Below are positions 1 to 13,982 of a stretch of DNA of 64,000 nt, piece after piece. The position numbers and the translations under genes are program-made. Below the pieces are notes generated by a model. That model had not been told where the DNA came from, did no database searches, and saw nothing but the letters and a program-made list of their open reading frames with translations. This DNA comes from Octopus sinensis (lineage: Eukaryota). The stretch spans positions 158,286,001 through 158,350,000 of the forward strand of contig NC_042997.1 of assembly GCF_006345805.1 (NCBI RefSeq), written 5' to 3'. The stretch's first letter is position 1. Each line of letters opens with the position of its first letter.

Positions 1-3000
1 CTGATCTTTAAAAAAAAACGTTGTTCCTTGGTCGATTTAAGCTCACAAGCATGCCTACGTCATACACAACAACAACAATAACATCAACAATAAGAACACT
101 GGGGAAATGTGATAAATATCACCAGCTATAAACAATGCCGCAGTAGAATGAATAACATAAGTTTGATAGTTATATTAAAATAACGAAAATGTAATTAACG
201 AAGCAATAAATAAATTCTAAAGAGCAACGTTTAGTTCGAGAATACGCACTAATAGAATTTTATAGAGCTTCGGCAATTTTTTGTTAACCTTTGCTTTATT
301 AAAATGTGTGTAATTAAAACAATGATCTAGTTGTCGCCACTTCCAGTAACACACACGCTTATGCAAATGACACACCCATTCATTCCTCCGCAATCTTCTT
401 TAGTCATGTATCATTCCATATGCAAGTTAGATACCATACGTCAAAACTTGCTTGATTCCGTAAACGCATATCTTGAGCGCATCCTCCAGCGTTGAGGTGC
501 CAAACTTTTCCTCTTTTAGTTGCACAACCGCGAAAACAAAAATCTCACTCAATTCTACTCTAACAAAAAAATCTACTGTGCTACATTTCTTATGAATCCG
601 AGTGGCACTCAGCTATCCGTCTCACAGTGGATCCAAAGGCTGGGTTTGATTATCACCAAGGCTTTCTAGTGGCGAAATGATATCCATGGCATCATTAGTA
701 CTAATTTCTAAAGATTGGCCTTTCTGTTTTTGGACAGAGAGTAATTAAGCGCCCAACTGCTGCTGGTACTTTACAAGAGTTAAGGGTAGTACACAATGCT
801 CTCACATCTAGAACGTTGTTGCTACTATGCACACTGATATCATGGATCATACAGCTAAATGACACTCCATTGGTTATAAATGCTTTCCAGCCTCCGACTG
901 GTATGCATCTAGCATCAAATTTCTCCTTTTTAAATAGTACTATAATGACCTCTTCTCTTCATACATGGTTGACCTCATACCAATATCATTCAGGTAGCCC
1001 TGATTTACTCTTCCCTATAACTTTGGTGGGGTGAAGTGGCGATCCAACTCTCTTACTCTGCATTAGGCACTATACTTATTCAACCATCATCAAAGAACTG
1101 GACCTTTCGAATTCCAGCAGTTTAAACAAAGCAAAAACTTCCTCTTAATTCACTCACACGGATTACGTCACAAACGTTCAAACACACACACACACACATT
1201 TTAGGGAAGTACGTACATCGCAATGCTCTTCGTAAAATTCCATTTCTTGTCATATGTTTGAAGCTAGGAAGAACAGGATTACTCATTACAATATAGCATT
1301 GAGGTTGGTGATTTACTGTATCTTGTATGGCATCTCATCTGTCTGAATTGAAATTACACATAAATTAATGAAAAGACGACGTGATCGAGATGTTCGACCA
1401 ATTTTGACAATACGGAATATTAAGGAATGACGCTAAAGCACGGGGAATTAATGGATGGCTTGGTTATAGCAAAATCATATTAATTGTGTTGTTATAGCTT
1501 GCATGAAATGCATGAATGAAACTGTTTAAATTAAACACTTTTATGAATCATATATATTGTGTTAAAACTTTTAGCAAAAGCCAAAGAGGAGCCATTACAA
1601 GAACTACATCGCTTTGATAAGGAATCGGATAATACGTTTCATCTTCGATTCTCACTTAGAACTATTGATTTCTGACTGTTGGGGAATTGAATCGCCGATT
1701 CAAATTTAACTACATTTCATATTCAGCAACGCCAATGAAATTTAGAAACAGTTTTGCTTCTCAGGACTGTTACAGCACCTTTACGTTTTTATTTAGGAAA
1801 AAGTCGCCTCCGATCCTTACCGAGTCAATACAACAATTTTAAGGGGGTTTCTCAGAATTGTGAGACTTGTGCTTAAATTAGAAATTTGTTCTCATAAGCC
1901 TAATCAATATTTACAGAAAATGCTGGCGAATGTTTTAATGTACTTTGCACATTACGGTAGAACGGAGTTGGAGATCTGAAAGTGAATGCGATTCAACCTT
2001 ACATATGCCAGAATGTCCTTCGGAAAAGCATAAAAGCCAAACATCCCATTTTCTCCCCTATATTATAGGTCTTTCATGTCTATTCAAATGATAACAATTC
2101 TTCAATAATAGAATAAGTTCTATTATTTGTTCATCCTTTCTTCAAAATTAAACTTTCAACACACTTTCCTTAATTTAATTATTTTTCTCTACCGATTCAC
2201 AATCAGGGGAATTTAATCAATGCCAATTTAACAATATTTGTATACACCATGGAAATGATCTTGATTCTTATTCATTTTATGCGAATAGAACTGTATCTTT
2301 TTCTTATTCATTTAGATCATTCTTTTCATTGTTGAAGACCTTTAAATTATAGTGGTATGAATATCTCTTACATTTCTTCTTTCAAAACCCTATAGATTAT
2401 CAACGAAGAAGTTCAGGTTGCCAATACAAAGAAACCAATATTTAATTAGATGTTATGTTGAAGGTTGTTGTCCAAGAAGTAATCTCTCAGGATTGTAAGG
2501 CTGAGAAGCACTATCAACTACTAAATGATGCTTATTCACACCCATTATATCGATGATACCTTTGGGAAAGTCATGGAAACGTAATTTCTTTAAACTCCTC
2601 ATATTTCTTTAAAGAAATGAGAAGTAAAACCTTGCAAATAATAAAAATATTGGTTTATGTTTCTACAAGAACAAATATGAAGCAATTTTATGTTTTAAAC
2701 CAAGTAAAACGCACTGAACTAAACATTCCTATTCTTGTTTTCAGTTGCTAGATATCAGATAAAAGTGTAAATTCACAAAATTTATTTTACGTATTTTATA
2801 GTTATATATATATGTGTGTGTGTGTGTCAAAACCAACTTTAATATCAAATTTGCTTTTCATATTTTTGTATTATTGCTTTTACTCTAAGTTTAATGCAAT
2901 GTCATACAAAAATGGGTGGAGAATCATGGCTTGTATAAAGTTCCGGTATGCCAGAAATATGATAGAATCACCTGGGGAGTGAAAGCAAGCTACAATAGAT

Positions 3001-3403
3001 CTTCAGTACTCCAGTACTTACTAAATTTACATTATTTTTACATAAAATATCTAAGGCTACCGTGCTAGATATAGTTTGTCTTGGACTACGTGACTTAAGG
3101 AATCCTTCTATTCTTAAAATGGTAGAAAATGATATGAGAGAAATTAGACTACTCTTTCTAGTCATTAAATAACCATCCACAAGAATCTCACGCCGTTTCA
3201 ACTAATATTCATATTCACATGCTGTTCAATAAAACACTGTTTAAATGTGTACATTAATAATCAGAGCTATGAATGAAAGGGGTATCTAAGAACATGTTTT
3301 GAATTAGCGGAAAAGGAAATTGCATGATAAACAATTTAAGTCCTAATTGTACTATGATAATTAACAAAAGGCAGGACAAGATATTTAACAGTATTTTTTC
3401 TAA

Positions 3404-3545
3404 CATTTCGTCCGTCTTTACTTTTCATCCTTTCGGGGTCGATAACATAAAGTAGCAGTTGAGCAATGAGACCAGTGTAATCAACAATTCCCCTCCACCT
3501 ACAAACAAAAATTCAAGCCTTGTGCCAACAATAGAAAGAATTCTA
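3404..3545 (+). mobile_element. Nin-domain tRNA SINE, 5'-truncated and internally deleted
   Basis: ttttcatcctttcggggtcgataa (3422-3445) and tail aggccttgtgcc-like, matching the fuller copy at 13064. Confidence 0.7.
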
Positions 3546-4620
3546 ATAATTCTCCAAAATTTTCTGAGGGAAATTTGGGAAACAAATCCTCACTGGAGAG
3601 ACCGGTACGTTTTCGGTGAGGAAGTTAATTCATGTCCCCATTTACCATTATCACATGAGTGTCTTTAATGAAGACCACTCTGTTGTTTGATGACATATGG
3701 TCTAAGAATAAACTTTCTCCCTTACGTTCACTTGTCTCTGAGTTCCTGAAGAAACAACGATGTCTAGAGTCTAGCGCTTTCTACAAGTTTAAATATAAAT
3801 GCATTTGTTGTTGGAAATCACTGTCGGTTTCGGTGGAACATACTCTGAGCAACATCTTACAGCAATCAATTTATTTAGACTATGAAATATGTATCCACTA
3901 TCTACGCTGTTAATTGATGACAGCAGTAAGTATTTATTTATGAGACATTTATTTTGCAACTGAGCATGTGAAATATATTGGTAATGCACGTAACCCGAGG
4001 AATATTGCAATAAAAAAATTACGAAACTCATAAGCAACCCTCTATTAAACTCTTTTTATCTCCAAATTAATTAAAATAATGACAACAATCGGAGAGCTAC
4101 CTACTGGTTTCAAGTTCTATTAACTTACAGCAAACTAAAAAACAAATGTTTAATTCCAAATCACATGTCTATCAACTAAACGCATTGAAGATTCCATCAA
4201 TTATTAAAATATGAAAACAAACGAACAATATAGTCGATTTTACTGAAACATAATTGCCACGTTTATCATTTTTCGCATATTTTACTTCAAATCCTGCTCT
4301 TAAAATATTATGGTTGCAAATGAATGAACTGTCAGGAAGGGCAGTTTATCTGACAAAACCATTTGCAATAATCAGTCTTCTCTTTTCCGTTCTGAGATCA
4401 GATTAAGCACGTGTAACTTAAATGAAAATTTACAAGAATGTGTATGAAAGATATTAATAAATTGAAAGAGGAGCTCGATAAAAGTTTTACATTCCTCATT
4501 TAAAATAATGAAAATGAACGGAAACAAAGGACAAGGCTTGAAAGGGGTCATGTTGAATATAATAATTTAATTATTTTATGCACATTGCGAAGAACGGAGA
4601 AATATGGAAAATGGTTACAA

Positions 4621-4790
4621 CATTGATTTCAAATTTTGGCTCTAGGCCAGCAAATCCGGGGCAAATAAGTCGATTACATGGATCCCAGTGTTCGATTAGT
4701 ACTTATTTTATCGATTTCGAAGGATGAACGGCAAAGTCAACCTCATCGAAATTCGAAATGCCGCTAAGCATTTTGCCTGGCGTGTTACCT
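4621..4790 (-). mobile_element. Nin-domain tRNA SINE, degenerate
   Basis: Reverse complement matches the 6357 and 13064 copies: gtcgattacat, acttattttatcga, aggatgaacggcaaagtcaacctc, ccgctaagcattttgcctggcg. Confidence 0.8.
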
Positions 4791-6353
4791 AAGAGATTAC
4801 ATTATTACAGCATTAATGGCTTATGCAGAAAAATAAATTCATAACTGATTTTCTTGATGCATACTTACTATATTAGCTGCGGGTAATAGAGCTTGTAAAT
4901 GATAATTGTTTATGGAAAGTGTATCCTTATCGCCAGTTTTTAGCTGCTGAAGTAGCATCGTTATGTCAGTGTTATTCCTGAGGATAAGTAAAACTATGTA
5001 ACACAAAAGATGAACTCTAAGCTATATATTTGAAATCTTCATTTCAAATATGTTGTTTAAAATTATGCATCATCTTATTTATGTTAAATTCTGTCCTTCG
5101 ACTTCAGAATATTCAACATATACTGAGAATGTAATGTTTTACTAGTACTTGCAATATATTTTTGTGTTGTATTTTTGTGGGGATATTGTGACAAGGAGTA
5201 AACGGACATTGTTGTGCAAATCGTCGTGAAAGTTCTTGCTTCATTTGCCCGACACGTACAGCTCTCCGTGAGCAGAGAAACATAGATACAGTAATAGAAA
5301 TAAAATTTGCCTAAAAGTGTTACTGCTGTTAAGTAGGTGACCAAAAGCAGAGTCTGGCGATATGTATCTCTTATACATAGAATAATACAATGTTAAAATT
5401 TAGCTGAATGGGCCGGAATTACAAATTCTGAATGAGCATGATAATATATTTTCAGAGAAGTATATTTTTAAAGACAAATATACAGACTGTGAACTAACCT
5501 TGCAATAAGCACCATGTGTTATAACATGTCTGTCGCCTCTTCCACAATAAATTACCTTACAGAGGAATTCTTTTGAGGAATGTAGTTTTAGCAATGATGC
5601 TGAATATGATACTCCATGTGCTTCATCAACTATTGTTTTCCAAATCTATTGAGTCAAAAGCGCTTGAATAGACTTGTGGGCAATTTAGGAGTTGATAAAA
5701 TAAAAGTGATTTATTTGATTACTCTTGCCATAAAACGTGATCAATTTACCACCACAATATTATATTTTCTGCAATATTTATTTTCTACCACAATATTATA
5801 TTTTCGACGACTTAGATCAATATGTAAATAATTATTACGTTAGGAAAGAAGCTTTAACATGATTCTAGTAAATGGAATGGCATAACTGTCCTACATTGTA
5901 ATAACAACAAGTGAACACAACTGAAGCGTATGTAACTATTCTGAAGTAATCTCATGAATTCGTTACACTTCTGTTAACTCGTTGATAAAGATGAATAAAA
6001 TAACATATAATGGAATATACAACGTATCATATATCAAAAAAGAAAAATAATACGAATTCGGTAAATGCGGTATGCAGTATAAAGATCTTATAGATCCTGA
6101 AAAAATACTGTAATACTGTCCTCAACTTCTAAAAATTTTTACCCCGGATGATTTTCGATGAGTAACGTCACCACTGAATACCGAAGTGAATGGTCTACCG
6201 AAAGCAAACGGTTTGAGCTATTTTGTAACTTCTTTCGATTTGAATCTAATGCATTTCACTTCTACTAAACACAAATGCTCTTGATAAATAGATGGAAGTC
6301 TCCCAATGTTAATTCTTCATTGTTAATTTGATAGCTTTTATTATGACGTTTCT

Positions 6354-6577
6354 TATTTCTTTACTACCCACAAGTGACTACACACAGAGGGGACAAGGAA
6401 GGACAGACAAACGGATTAAGTCAGTTACATCGACCCCAGTGCGTACTTATTTAATAGACCCCTAAAGGATAAAGGGCAAAGTCGACCTCGGCGGAATTTG
6501 AACTCAGAACGTAGCGGCAGGCGGAATACTGCTAAGCATTTCGCCCGGCGTGCTTACGTTTCTGCCAGCTCGCCGCC
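6354..6577 (-). mobile_element. Full-length Nin-domain tRNA SINE with target-site duplication
   Basis: Reverse complement starts ggcggcgagctggcagaaacg, has B-box-like gagttcaaattcc and the Nin block. Flanked by tttt(a/g)ttatgacgtttct at 6336-6353 and 6579-6596. Confidence 0.9.
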
Positions 6578-7106
6578 TTTTTGTTATGACGTTTCTGATA
6601 CCTTGCTACCCGTGTTTATGGCGACATTTATCCTCCGGTAACGTCTTCCACTCATTTACTAATTTATTACAGTATCGTATCGAGAAATTATCTAAAACAT
6701 TGCATTTTTACCCTCGTTAAAAGCTTTGGAGTATGGAAAAACAGAACCGCTGTAATAAGACGCAAATTTGAGTTTCTTATCACATTTCGTAATTTTATTT
6801 ATGTTAATAATTATATCCTCTAAAAACCACATAATATTATTTCGATAATTTATAGATTTATGGACATGTGCCAATATAAGAAACCAATAAATTTGAACCG
6901 TTAGTGTCAAGAACAATGGAGATGTCTAAAACCGTAGACATATCATTTAGCCGCTACTGGTGTTCGTTTTATCATTAGTGCAAACAATGTTATATTCGAT
7001 ACTATATAGGGAGTCAAAAGGCCAAATAAAGTCTCTAACCTGACAGAGAGGAACCAAACTGAGAGAACTGAATAAAAGTACCACATATACAATAACCTTG
7101 TTTGAT

Positions 7107-7123
7107 ACACACACACACACACA

Positions 7124-7187
<64 letters not shown>
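7107..7187. repeat. (CA)n(TA)n microsatellite
   Basis: Directly visible. Confidence 0.95.
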
Positions 7188-7190
<3 letters not shown>

Positions 7191-7390
7191 AACCAAACAT
7201 GAAAACACAAAGACAAAACACAACAACGCGAGGACGTGGAACAAATATAGTGTTATTGGACGCTCAGGAAAGGAAAGAAAGAAGGAGGATTTAACGTTTC
7301 GAGTAGAGCTCTTCGCCAAAAACATAGGAAAACGAAAGATCCAAGGAGGGGAAGACGGAGGAAAAAATCTCCAACGGTACACACGCAGTC
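7188..7390 (-). mobile_element. Solo Penelope-type terminal repeat with decayed hammerhead-like motif
   Basis: Homologous to 31690-31893 (cgttgg.gattttttcc; cgaaacgt; ttcctgagcgtc; acgtcctc.cgttgttg). Both copies end at (TA)n. Penelope assignment is inferred from the CUGANGAAG..CGAAACG motif also seen after the GIY-YIG ORF at 33793. Confidence 0.6.
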
Positions 7391-7994
7391 ACATTTTTGA
7401 TATTCATAAATGTTAATATATTACCATGATTATTATTACTATAATTTATTCCTTCAGTACAAGCATTCGGTAAAACAATTTTTCATTTACAAAGTAAATT
7501 CGAATCAAGAAAACTTTCGAAAATCATCTGTACTGTACTATATTGGTTACTACTCTTAATTACGACTCTTCGGGACGTTACGCAGGTTTTAATTCCGGCT
7601 GACATAATTTCTTTCTACGACAATCGCTGAATTTTCTGGAGGAAAGTAAAAACGTCCACAAATCTGTTCAAGCTTTGTATTATTAGAACGTGGGAGATGT
7701 AGCCTATTATCAGATTTCAAGTGCAAATAAATATTTCAGATCGCCTACGTCAGATGAATATGACTATCACAATGTCCTATTCATCATTCTATATAGGTGA
7801 GTTATTAAACCTGTGCAACAAGACATTATCTGCATTCATTCATCTTACTTTCTTGGAAGAATGCTTTTAAAAATATTTCTTGGTTGTATCAATAAATATA
7901 AATTCCGTCTTAGCTCATATATTGTTAAAACATATTTAACGTTACAAAAGAAGCTACTGCGTTTGTAGTATTCTGTGAAAGCTTGCACAAAGGG

Positions 7995-8025
7995 TGTGTG
8001 TCTGTGTGTATATATATATATGTAT

Positions 8026-8088
<63 letters not shown>

Positions 8089-8096
8089 ATGTGTGA

Positions 8097-8146
<50 letters not shown>

Positions 8147-8370
8147 TTATATATATATATATATTATATATATACATATACATATACATACACTACATAC
8201 ACACATACATACATATGCATTTACATACATTACATATACGCATAAACCTACATACATACACACTATATATATATACATTATGTACACGCACACACAAGCG
8301 CACACACACATATATACATATATATACATATATATACACACATATATATACATATATATGTGTATGCATA
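7995..8370. repeat. Compound (TA)/(TG)/(CA) microsatellite
   Basis: Directly visible; source of several spurious ORFs. Confidence 0.95.
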
Positions 8371-8849
8371 TATTTCTTATATCATCCAAAATGCTATAGA
8401 AATCCTGGCATGTTTTAGTCTTATTTATTGTCTAGAATAATATAAATGCATAGGATAATCTATAACAAGCTTATAAGCACAAATGTCTTTTTCCTTATAT
8501 CTTATCGACTGCGTAAATCGCATACAGCTAATGTATCTATTTCGATAACCACGTTTTTAAATATTCTTCGCATATAAATCATAAAGTCAAGACAAATGTC
8601 TACAGAAATCCCAAGAGCTATTAGTTTCATAGTAAACAGCGCGGTGATCACATTGGAATAAATGGTAATATTTCAATGAACTAAATCTGCAAAGTAGTTG
8701 CAATTCTTAGCTGTAATATTTTCATATCACCTTAGGCAAATGATTTGAACATCACATTTACTTCAACTTCACACAAGACCTTCGTCCACGTGGAAAATAA
8801 ACACACACACTAGCTAATGTTTGTATGTGTATGCACGTGTATGTATATG

Positions 8850-8883
<34 letters not shown>

Positions 8884-11168
8884 ATTATTTATATATATAT
8901 ATATTACATTTCATTATATAATCAACGTTAAATAAAGACCGAACAGAATTAATGATTTTGAGACTAAATAATCTTCTAGGTTGTATAACCCGCTACTCTG
9001 TGCACCATTTCAGCCATATAAATTCTCGCTCTCCCCCTTTTTTTTCTTTGTTTCCTTGATGGCTTAGTTAAGTTCCGCGATAGTTTGATCCTTTATACTT
9101 TCCATGTTTTCCTTCTTTTTTTCTTGTTGAAATATGTTTTACATAAAATGTGATTCGTAAATACAGCAGTAACCTTTGTCTATGACATTGTGGAAAAATT
9201 TGAACTATGCATTAGCCAACAGAAATATATGTTATTCATCTTGGAGTCCAACTTTCCAAAGAGTATAACAGATGTGTAGCAGTAGGGCCAGTGTAATGAT
9301 ATCACGGTTCGAAGTTTTCTATATTATCTTCGGCATTTGCTAGTTAAGTAATCTCTGTTAGTCTCTTCGATCAAAAGAAAAGCTATTCAATTGCTATTGT
9401 TTAGGTATATGTCTGCATTAATGGAAGGGACTTTTTCTTCTTTAGTATATATTTTACAATATGTCTGTTAGTTTTATGATATAGTAAGGTGAGATTTGAG
9501 TGAAACTTAATTGCTGTTTCAAGTAGGTCAAGGACTCCGTAGAAACACTCTTGTTGCTTCGATCATAGGAAAAGATGATATGAGAAATGAACGTTTTTAT
9601 AACCAATTTACAGCAACATTACTCATGGGTATATTACTAAAGTATTTATTTAGAATAGATAATTATTGAAAAGCTATTGACAAGATACCAGCAAATGACT
9701 ATTCTCCCAATTATTGGGAAATCTTTCAAATATACTATTACTTCTGGTTACCATATGTATATATTGGCGTTAACATGATTTTCTCAAAATGCTGAAGTGT
9801 GTGAAAACGTAAGTTTATTATGATACATAAACTTAGTTTCTTTTGTACATAACTCACAGGTTGTTAGCTTGTTATGTTCCCCTCCATAGGTAATTGAACA
9901 TTCTTTCTCGCTAACTTTAAGATGACTTGAAGGTAACGAAAGCATAACAACCACATTTCAATTTGTAAAGTATAACTTAAACAAGCATTTCAAGAAAACT
10001 AAGAATCTAAGATAGTTTCTGTAATGCAGTCGAAGCTTAACACATTATACAAATAGTAAATGAAAAAAGACAGAAAACATTCATTATATTAGCTTTTGCT
10101 TCAAACCAAAATATTGATTATACAGGCTGATATGTTGTAACTGCACTTGAAAGAGTAATGGTTGGTAATATCAAACTATATTGTATGTATATTGTAACTA
10201 AGAACTGTGAATCTCACTTGATGTTGAACGTACATGAAAGTAACAACGGCAACAGAATTTCATTTAAAACAACCTATATTTAGAAAACAACATATGAATT
10301 ATTTGTTTGTAAAAATTCCTATTAGCATAGTTTGTGATATCGAAGACCAAAGGAAACGAGGTTAGTTATTTTGTTTCGCTTTAATACTTCAATGAATACA
10401 AAGACGGAAGATTTGTGTGATGAAATCACGTTATCTTGTACTTACATACAAATATACACACAGTTGTGGGCGTATGAAATTATTTTATTTTCTGCTAAGA
10501 GAATGTACTCAATAAACGTACTCAATACAAAAGTAGAGAGTCGGTGTTCATTACCGAACTGAATTACTTTGTTAGTACATAAACGTCTGTATTTATTCCG
10601 CAATGCACTTTAATGCTAAGCAAGAAACAATAGTATTACATATTTACGTAGGTAAACACTATGTATCTTCTTCCACGTATTCATTGAATTGTCATTAACT
10701 TTAATCTTCCTACTAAAAGACACCTTTCAACAGCTGGTTGACCTGACAACTGACCACGATACAGTTTTAGCAATCACAGAAAAAGACCACTTCTTTCTGT
10801 TTTCTTTTCTTTCTTTCTTTCTTTGTTGCTTCTCCCTCTTACCAAACCGCCAAAAATTCAACAAGACCACATTCACACACACACAAACACAAACATACAC
10901 ATAGTTGTACGTGTATATGCACACATATAGATTGAAAATAAAAATCAATCTCTTCCCATGTCAACTCCCAGCTCTCTTTCTATCTCATACACACACACAC
11001 ACACAAACAAATGTTTACAAGGCATACATTTTCTATAAAAACATTATTTCTGATGAATCTCTGAAACAAGATGAAAGTACTAAATAAATAATCATCCAAA
11101 AGTCTGACTATTTCTTTTGAATTATATATAGAATCTGTCCATCACTTCAAACACCTATACAAATATAT

Positions 11169-11209
<41 letters not shown>

Positions 11210-11777
11210 TACACACATACATACACGCACGCACACACTCACGCATTCGTGTTTCTCCTTATTTGATCTCCCTCTGAAATCAGTCTCTAATAGGTCTATC
11301 GTGGTTTGAACGGTTTTATCCATTTTGGTTTAAAATGCAGATTTGATAGTTTTGTTCAGTTCTTTGTTCTGTCTGAATTTTTACAACATCGTCTGCATTG
11401 CCTCTGATCTACGTTTTCAGTTCCCTTTATATGCTGTTAATATTTTCGATGATACGTTCTATGACGTTTCAAGCCAATGGTTAATCGTGCTATTTTGTTT
11501 TCATTACTCTTCTGTTTAATTTACGTCATCGTTTTAAAAACCAGAGCAAAGATGCACGAAATCTGCTTCCTTTTTTTACTTCCAGCCTTCCAGCAAGGTG
11601 TTTTTCGAAAATTAGTTTTATACCATGTCGTCTTCACATCTGTTGTACTTCCTTTTAATTTTTGTGGTGTGATTGTAGAGCATAAAATTACCAGAACCTA
11701 TTTTTTTCATATATTTATTTTTAATTTTCAGTTTAGATTTTAACATTTTTTAAAAATCATTTTTCTTTTCATTCATT

Positions 11778-11945
11778 ATAGGAATGGCTGTGTGGTAAGT
11801 AACTTGTTTACCAACCACATGGTTCCGGGCTCAGTCCCACTGCGTGGCACCTTGGGCAAGTGTTTTCTACCATAGCTTCGGGCCGACCAAAGCCTTGTGA
11901 GTGGATTTGGTAGGCGGAAACTGAAAGAAGCCCGTCGTATATATG

Positions 11946-11986
<41 letters not shown>

Positions 11987-12203
11987 TTGTGTGTGTCTGT
12001 GTTTGTCCCCCTAGCATTGCTTGACAACCGATGCTGGTGTGTTTATGTCCCCGTTACTTACCGGTTCGGCAAAAGAGACCGATAAAATAAGTACTGGGCT
12101 TACAAAAGAATAAGTCCCGGGTTCGAGTTGCTCGATTAAAGGCGGTGCCCCAGCATGGCCGCTGTCAAATGACTGAAACAAGTAAAAGAGTAAAAGAGTA
12201 AGA

Positions 12204-12204
<1 letters not shown>
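11778..12204 (+). mobile_element. Near full-length CORE-type tRNA SINE with internal (TA)(TG) microsatellite
   Basis: tRNA-like head (tggctgtgtgg; ggttccgggctcagtccc), CORE-like ggcaccttgggcaagtg, internal (TA)n(TG)n, tail gtaaaagag repeats. Confidence 0.9.
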
Positions 12205-12248
<44 letters not shown>

Positions 12249-12659
12249 TTTAACTTTAAAAGATTATCACAATTCAATATGTATATTGAGAGAGTTAATC
12301 TCAAGATCGTAAAATTTTACGCCACCAATATCTTAAGCTTTTAACTTATTCAGAACGTAGATTAAGGGCACTTTATTTACCAGATGAATACCATTGTACG
12401 ACACCTCAAATATAATATGAAACTTGACGCCATGAATGGCCACATTTTACCATAAACGTGCAAAGTATTTCACTCTAGCTCTCCAGTAAATGTACACTGT
12501 GACAAAACTTGCAATTTTAGATACGTGTGCGTGTGCGTCTGTGTGTGTGTTTGTTTGTTTGTATGCATATATGGATATATGAAGATATGCATGTATGATA
12601 TGATACAGTATCTTACAAGTAGTTTCAAGTACAAAAGTTCACATAACTTCTGCAGTATG

Positions 12660-12741
<82 letters not shown>

Positions 12742-13063
12742 AAATGAGTATCACGAACTATGTTTGAGTTTCACGGATAAGCAGAGCAAGGAACGAATTG
12801 AAAGATGCACAGTTTATCATAAAAATATCTAACATAATAATAGTAGTTTTATCAATATTTATGCGGGGGTTTGTGAGTGCATTTATATTATTAAGAACAT
12901 ACATACATATACGTATATTCACATACTCGCATAGACACACGCGCGCACACGCACGTGCGAACGCACACATATGTATATTTGCATAACTGTATAAGATATG
13001 AGTTTATGAAATTCATGAATATTGGAGGAAATTGGGCAAGACATAATAGAATACTAATTAGAA

Positions 13064-13300
13064 AGGTGGCGAGCTGGCAGAATCGTTAGAACGCCAGGTA
13101 AAATGCTTAGAGGTATTTCGTCTGCCGTTGCGTTCTGAGTTCAAATTCCGCCGAGGTCGACTTTGCCTTTAATTCTTTCGGGGTCGATAAATTAAGTACC
13201 AGTTACGCACTGGGGTCGATGTAATCGAATTAATCTCTTTGTCTGTCCTTGTTTATCCCCTCTATGTTTAGCCCCTTGTGGGCAACAAAGAAATAATAAT
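13064..13300 (+). mobile_element. Full-length Nin-domain tRNA SINE
   Basis: ggtggcgagctggcagaatcg head, gagttcaaattcc B box, gtcgactttgccttt..tttcggggtcgataaattaagtacc Nin block, tail aaagaaataataat. Confidence 0.9.
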
Positions 13301-13331
13301 ATTAATTTACATTCATTAGATTTAGTTATGT

Positions 13332-13598
13332 GGAGGCGCAATAGCCCAGTGGTTAGGACAGCGAACTCGCGGTCGGAGGATCGCGGTTTCGATTCCCCTA
13401 AAGCTCCACGAGGCTCCGACATGAGGGGAGTGACCCCTGTTGTACTCTTTCGCCCCAACTTTCTCTCAATCTGTCTTCTTCTTTCTTGGGTAACGCTGCG
13501 ATGGACTGGCGTCCCGTCCACCTGGGGAACACATACGCCATTTAAACCGGGAAACTGGGCCCATGAACCTGGCTAGGCTTGAAAAGAGCGCATAAAAA
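13332..13598 (+). mobile_element. V-domain tRNA SINE
   Basis: A box tagcccagtgg, B box ggtttcgattcc, V-domain-like gctgcgatggactggcgtcccgtcca. Lacks the gtgtttatgagcgaaaa block present in the 35070 copy. Confidence 0.85.
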
Positions 13599-13806
13599 TA
13601 TATTTAGTTATACATTTGAATAATAATGTTGATATCACATCATTCCAGCGAGGTTTAGCTCTGTAATCATTTTGATTCTTTGAAAGACACTTATGTTACT
13701 TCTAAATCATCTTTATCGAAACCGTAGCAAATGTACACGAAGTCACCTCAGAACTTCCCGGATAGTATTTTATTGGCAATTAAGGTTACATTATATATTC
13801 TTTGTG

Positions 13807-13982
13807 GAGGCGCGCGTCTTTGTGGTTAGAATGTCAGTATCATGATTGTGGTTTCGATTCATGAACTGGGCGATGCGTTGTGTTCTTGAGCAAAACACTT
13901 CATTTCACGTCGCTCCAGTCCTCTCAGCTAGCAAAAAATGAGTAACGCTGCGATGGACTGGCTTTAAAAGGGCAAAATAATA
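13807..13982 (+). mobile_element. tRNA SINE with CORE-like block plus V-like block, internally deleted
   Basis: ggaggcgc head, ggtttcgattc B box, ttgagcaaaacacttcatttcacg CORE-like, then gagtaacgctgcgatggactggc shared with the neighbour at about 13490. Confidence 0.75.

Noticed and set aside
480-1100. Higher-complexity stretch; minus-strand peptide VELSEIFVFAVVQLKEEKFG, and a vague resemblance to LINE UTR or RT sequence
   Set aside because: Stops in all frames and no diagnostic motif. Probably a decayed repeat, but it cannot be assigned without a search.
6148-6179. GATGATT...CTGA, resembling C/D snoRNA boxes
   Set aside because: Too short, imperfect C box, and no terminal stem.
7845-8418. 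ORFs rich in YI/CV/HT here and at 18, 23-25, 31, 39, 41, 51-54 and 61 kb
   Set aside because: Translations of microsatellites.
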